Part shown: piece after piece, positions 62,582 to 64,000 of the stretch
How positions within the stretch are numbered: position 1 is the first letter of the stretch
Layout of the letters: every line of letters starts with the position of its first letter
Origin: an uncultured Candidatus Saccharibacteria bacterium
GTDB taxonomy: Bacteria > Patescibacteriota > Saccharimonadia > Saccharimonadales > SZUA-47
Assembly: GCA_964536485.1 (NCBI GenBank)
Contig: CAZHXX010000001.1
Span: 149,643 to 213,642 of the forward strand
Direction of reading: 5' to 3'
Length of the DNA: 64,000 bases
Notes under the pieces: model-generated
What the model was told of the DNA's origin: nothing
What the model saw: the letters and a program-made list of their open reading frames with translations, nothing else
Databases searched by the model: none
Translations under genes and position numbers: made by a program

Positions 62582-62815
62582 ATGAATGAAAAACCCGTAC
62601 AAATTGAAATTCAAATAACGCCAGAAATGACTCCGGCGGAGAGAGTAGATGCAAAACTTTCTTTAAATCCGTTCAAAAGGCGTAAACAGGCCGCAGAACA
62701 CATTGCAGCAATGGGGGTGAGTCTTGACCAGATTCATAGTTCTCGAGAATTTTTCTTAGGACGCACAGAGATTATGGTTGCAGCATTGTCCCTCGAAGAA
62801 GCAAGAAGTAAATAG
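62582..62815 (+). CDS. hypothetical small protein (77 aa) inserted between ssb and rpsR
   Basis: Strong AAGGAG 7 nt upstream. Confidence 0.55.
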   Translation: MNEKPVQIEIQITPEMTPAERVDAKLSLNPFKRRKQAAEHIAAMGVSLDQIHSSREFFLGRTEIMVAALSLEEARSK

Positions 62816-62839
62816 AAAATTTATTTAACAACAGATAAG

Positions 62840-62959
62840 CGGTTATTTAGAGCGAGGCAGATTCGTTTGAGGTGAGTAGCGGACGCAGAAGTGTATATTT
62901 CATACAGTGAAGCGCCACGCAACGGAACATCGAACGAATATGGCCGCTATAAATAGGCG
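62840..62959 (+). other. ~120-nt imperfect hairpin upstream of rpsR
   Basis: CGGTTATTTAGAGCG pairs with CGCTATAAATAGGCG. ATTCGTTTGAGG pairs with CATCGAACGAAT. Confidence 0.4.
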
Positions 62960-62977
62960 CGCAAATAGGAGAAAACA

Positions 62978-63181
62978 GTGGCTAAGATTTTTAAACATAG
63001 AACAGACATTCCATATTTTGATTACAAGGATTTCAAAACCTTGCAACGATATGTGAACCAGTACGGACAAATTGAACAACGAAAAAAGACTGGTTTAACC
63101 GAGAGCAAGCAACGTCAGCTCGCACGTGCTATTAAGCGCGCGCGCCATCTTGCATTGCTTCCATTTGTTAGCAATAACTAG
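62978..63181 (+). CDS. rpsR: 30S ribosomal protein S18
   Basis: IPYFDYKDFKTLQRYVNQYGQIEQRKKTGL...QRQLARAIKRARHLALLPF. GTG start. Confidence 0.93.
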   Translation: MAKIFKHRTDIPYFDYKDFKTLQRYVNQYGQIEQRKKTGLTESKQRQLARAIKRARHLALLPFVSNN

Positions 63182-63196
63182 TAAGGAAAAACAGCT

Positions 63197-63607
63197 GTGG
63201 GATATTTTGTTGGCTACCGATTTACCGGTGCGGAACCTGCGTACTTAGACAAGCTCTTGCCTTTGGTGAGAGATACGTTTGCAGAGGAAGGGGTTGAGAC
63301 GTATTGCACGTATTTTGACGAATCATCTTTTCAGAAAGAGAACTTGGACCAGCGTCAAATTATGGATCACGCCTTCCTTAAAATAAACGAGGTGGGAGGC
63401 CTATTTGTGTTGATTGATGGGCCAGAAAAAAGCGAAGGGCAACTCATAGAAGTGGGGTACTGTGTAGCCAAAGGCTTACCGATTGTGGTGGCAAAACGTC
63501 GCTCAGTTGAGAATACTTATGTGCATAAAATGGCTGATACATCTTTTGAATACGACACATTGGAAGAGCTAGCACAAAAAATTAAAGAATTTTGTAAAGG
63601 AGCATAA
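63197..63607 (+). CDS. nucleoside 2-deoxyribosyltransferase-like fold protein
   Basis: GGLFVLIDGPEKSEGQLIEVGYCVAKGLPIVV resembles the ...sdGt.fE.GyA.a.GKP.. block. GTG start. Confidence 0.5.
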   Translation: MGYFVGYRFTGAEPAYLDKLLPLVRDTFAEEGVETYCTYFDESSFQKENLDQRQIMDHAFLKINEVGGLFVLIDGPEKSEGQLIEVGYCVAKGLPIVVAKRRSVENTYVHKMADTSFEYDTLEELAQKIKEFCKGA

Positions 63608-64000
63608 ATGGCATTAGGCGTAACCGATCTAAGAAAAGGACAGGTGTTTGCTTTTGAGGGGCACCCCTACCGAGTGACGGAATATTCTCAGAAAGTTGTC
63701 GGGCGTGGTGGCTCTATCGTGAACGTCACGATAAAAAGTTTGCTCGACGGCAGGGTATTGCAGAAGACTTTTAAGGGAAATGAACAACTTGATAGTGTTG
63801 ACCTGTCTTACAGTAATGTCCAATACCTCTACAATGACGGTGCTAAGTTCTACTTCATGGACAACGAGAGCTATGAGCAAATTGAGCTCAATGCTGATAT
63901 CATTGGTGAACAGGCAGGCTTTTTGAAAGAAGGGGATAGCATCAAGGCAATGAAGCTCGATGGTACAACGGTGAGCATTGAATTGCCAAAGAATGTCTAC
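63608..64000 (+). CDS. efp: elongation factor P, 3'-truncated by window edge
   Basis: Hand translation from the ATG at 63608: MALGVTDLRKGQVFAFEGHPYRVTEYSQKVVGRGGSIVNVTIKSLLDG... Frame is open to nt 64000. Confidence 0.88.
   Translation, partial: MALGVTDLRKGQVFAFEGHPYRVTEYSQKVVGRGGSIVNVTIKSLLDGRVLQKTFKGNEQLDSVDLSYSNVQYLYNDGAKFYFMDNESYEQIELNADIIGEQAGFLKEGDSIKAMKLDGTTVSIELPKNVY

Noticed and set aside
1-64000. CRISPR arrays, IS elements, transposases, integrases, prophage genes and rRNA genes.
   Set aside because: I looked for regularly spaced direct repeats and for recombinase or transposase-like ORFs and saw none. The only repeats are the tRNA-associated and HAD-gap elements reported above.

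Overview
The window looks like a chromosomal segment of a small-genome, Gram-positive-type bacterium. Gene content and style suggest Patescibacteria/CPR, possibly Saccharibacteria-like; this is inference and was not checked against any database. Most of the window is housekeeping genes: tsaD (partial), valS, argS, dnaG-rpoD, polA, mutM, holA, rpsT, truB-rpsO-pnp, a family-4 UDG, RNase J, ftsK, rpsF-ssb-rpsR and efp (partial). There are three tRNA genes: Arg, Ser-CGA and Ser-GCT. Between these sit many small lineage-specific hypothetical or membrane-anchored proteins and several visibly AT-richer accessory patches, at about 9-10.2 kb, 18.1-19.1 kb, 30.5-31.3 kb, 34-37 kb and 57.6-59 kb (judged by eye, not computed). 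No CRISPR array, transposase, integrase or rRNA gene was seen.

The most unusual signals are non-coding:
1. A 570-bp ORF-free gap between HAD paralogs (37.69-38.26 kb). It resolves into two diverged, convergently oriented copies of a ~200-nt unit whose helices are kept by compensatory changes. This is a candidate novel structured RNA family.
2. Two inverted paralogous three-hairpin elements flank tRNA-Arg. Each is fused to a tRNA fragment.
3. All three tRNA genes are followed by partial copies of their own 3' ends.

Protein-level oddities:
- a standalone HEPN (Rx4H) protein in an AT-rich insert right after polA
- a four-member HAD paralog set
- a sortase-signal surface protein cluster with repeated His-pair motifs
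- a NOX-like ferric-reductase flavocytochrome
- a CarS-like / CDP-alcohol transferase lipid cluster
- a DnaG lacking all four zinc ligands
- a GGDEF-like protein with EGDEY
- an Arg-type EF-P loop

Many genes appear leaderless, with a TAnnnT box 6-7 nt upstream of the ATG.
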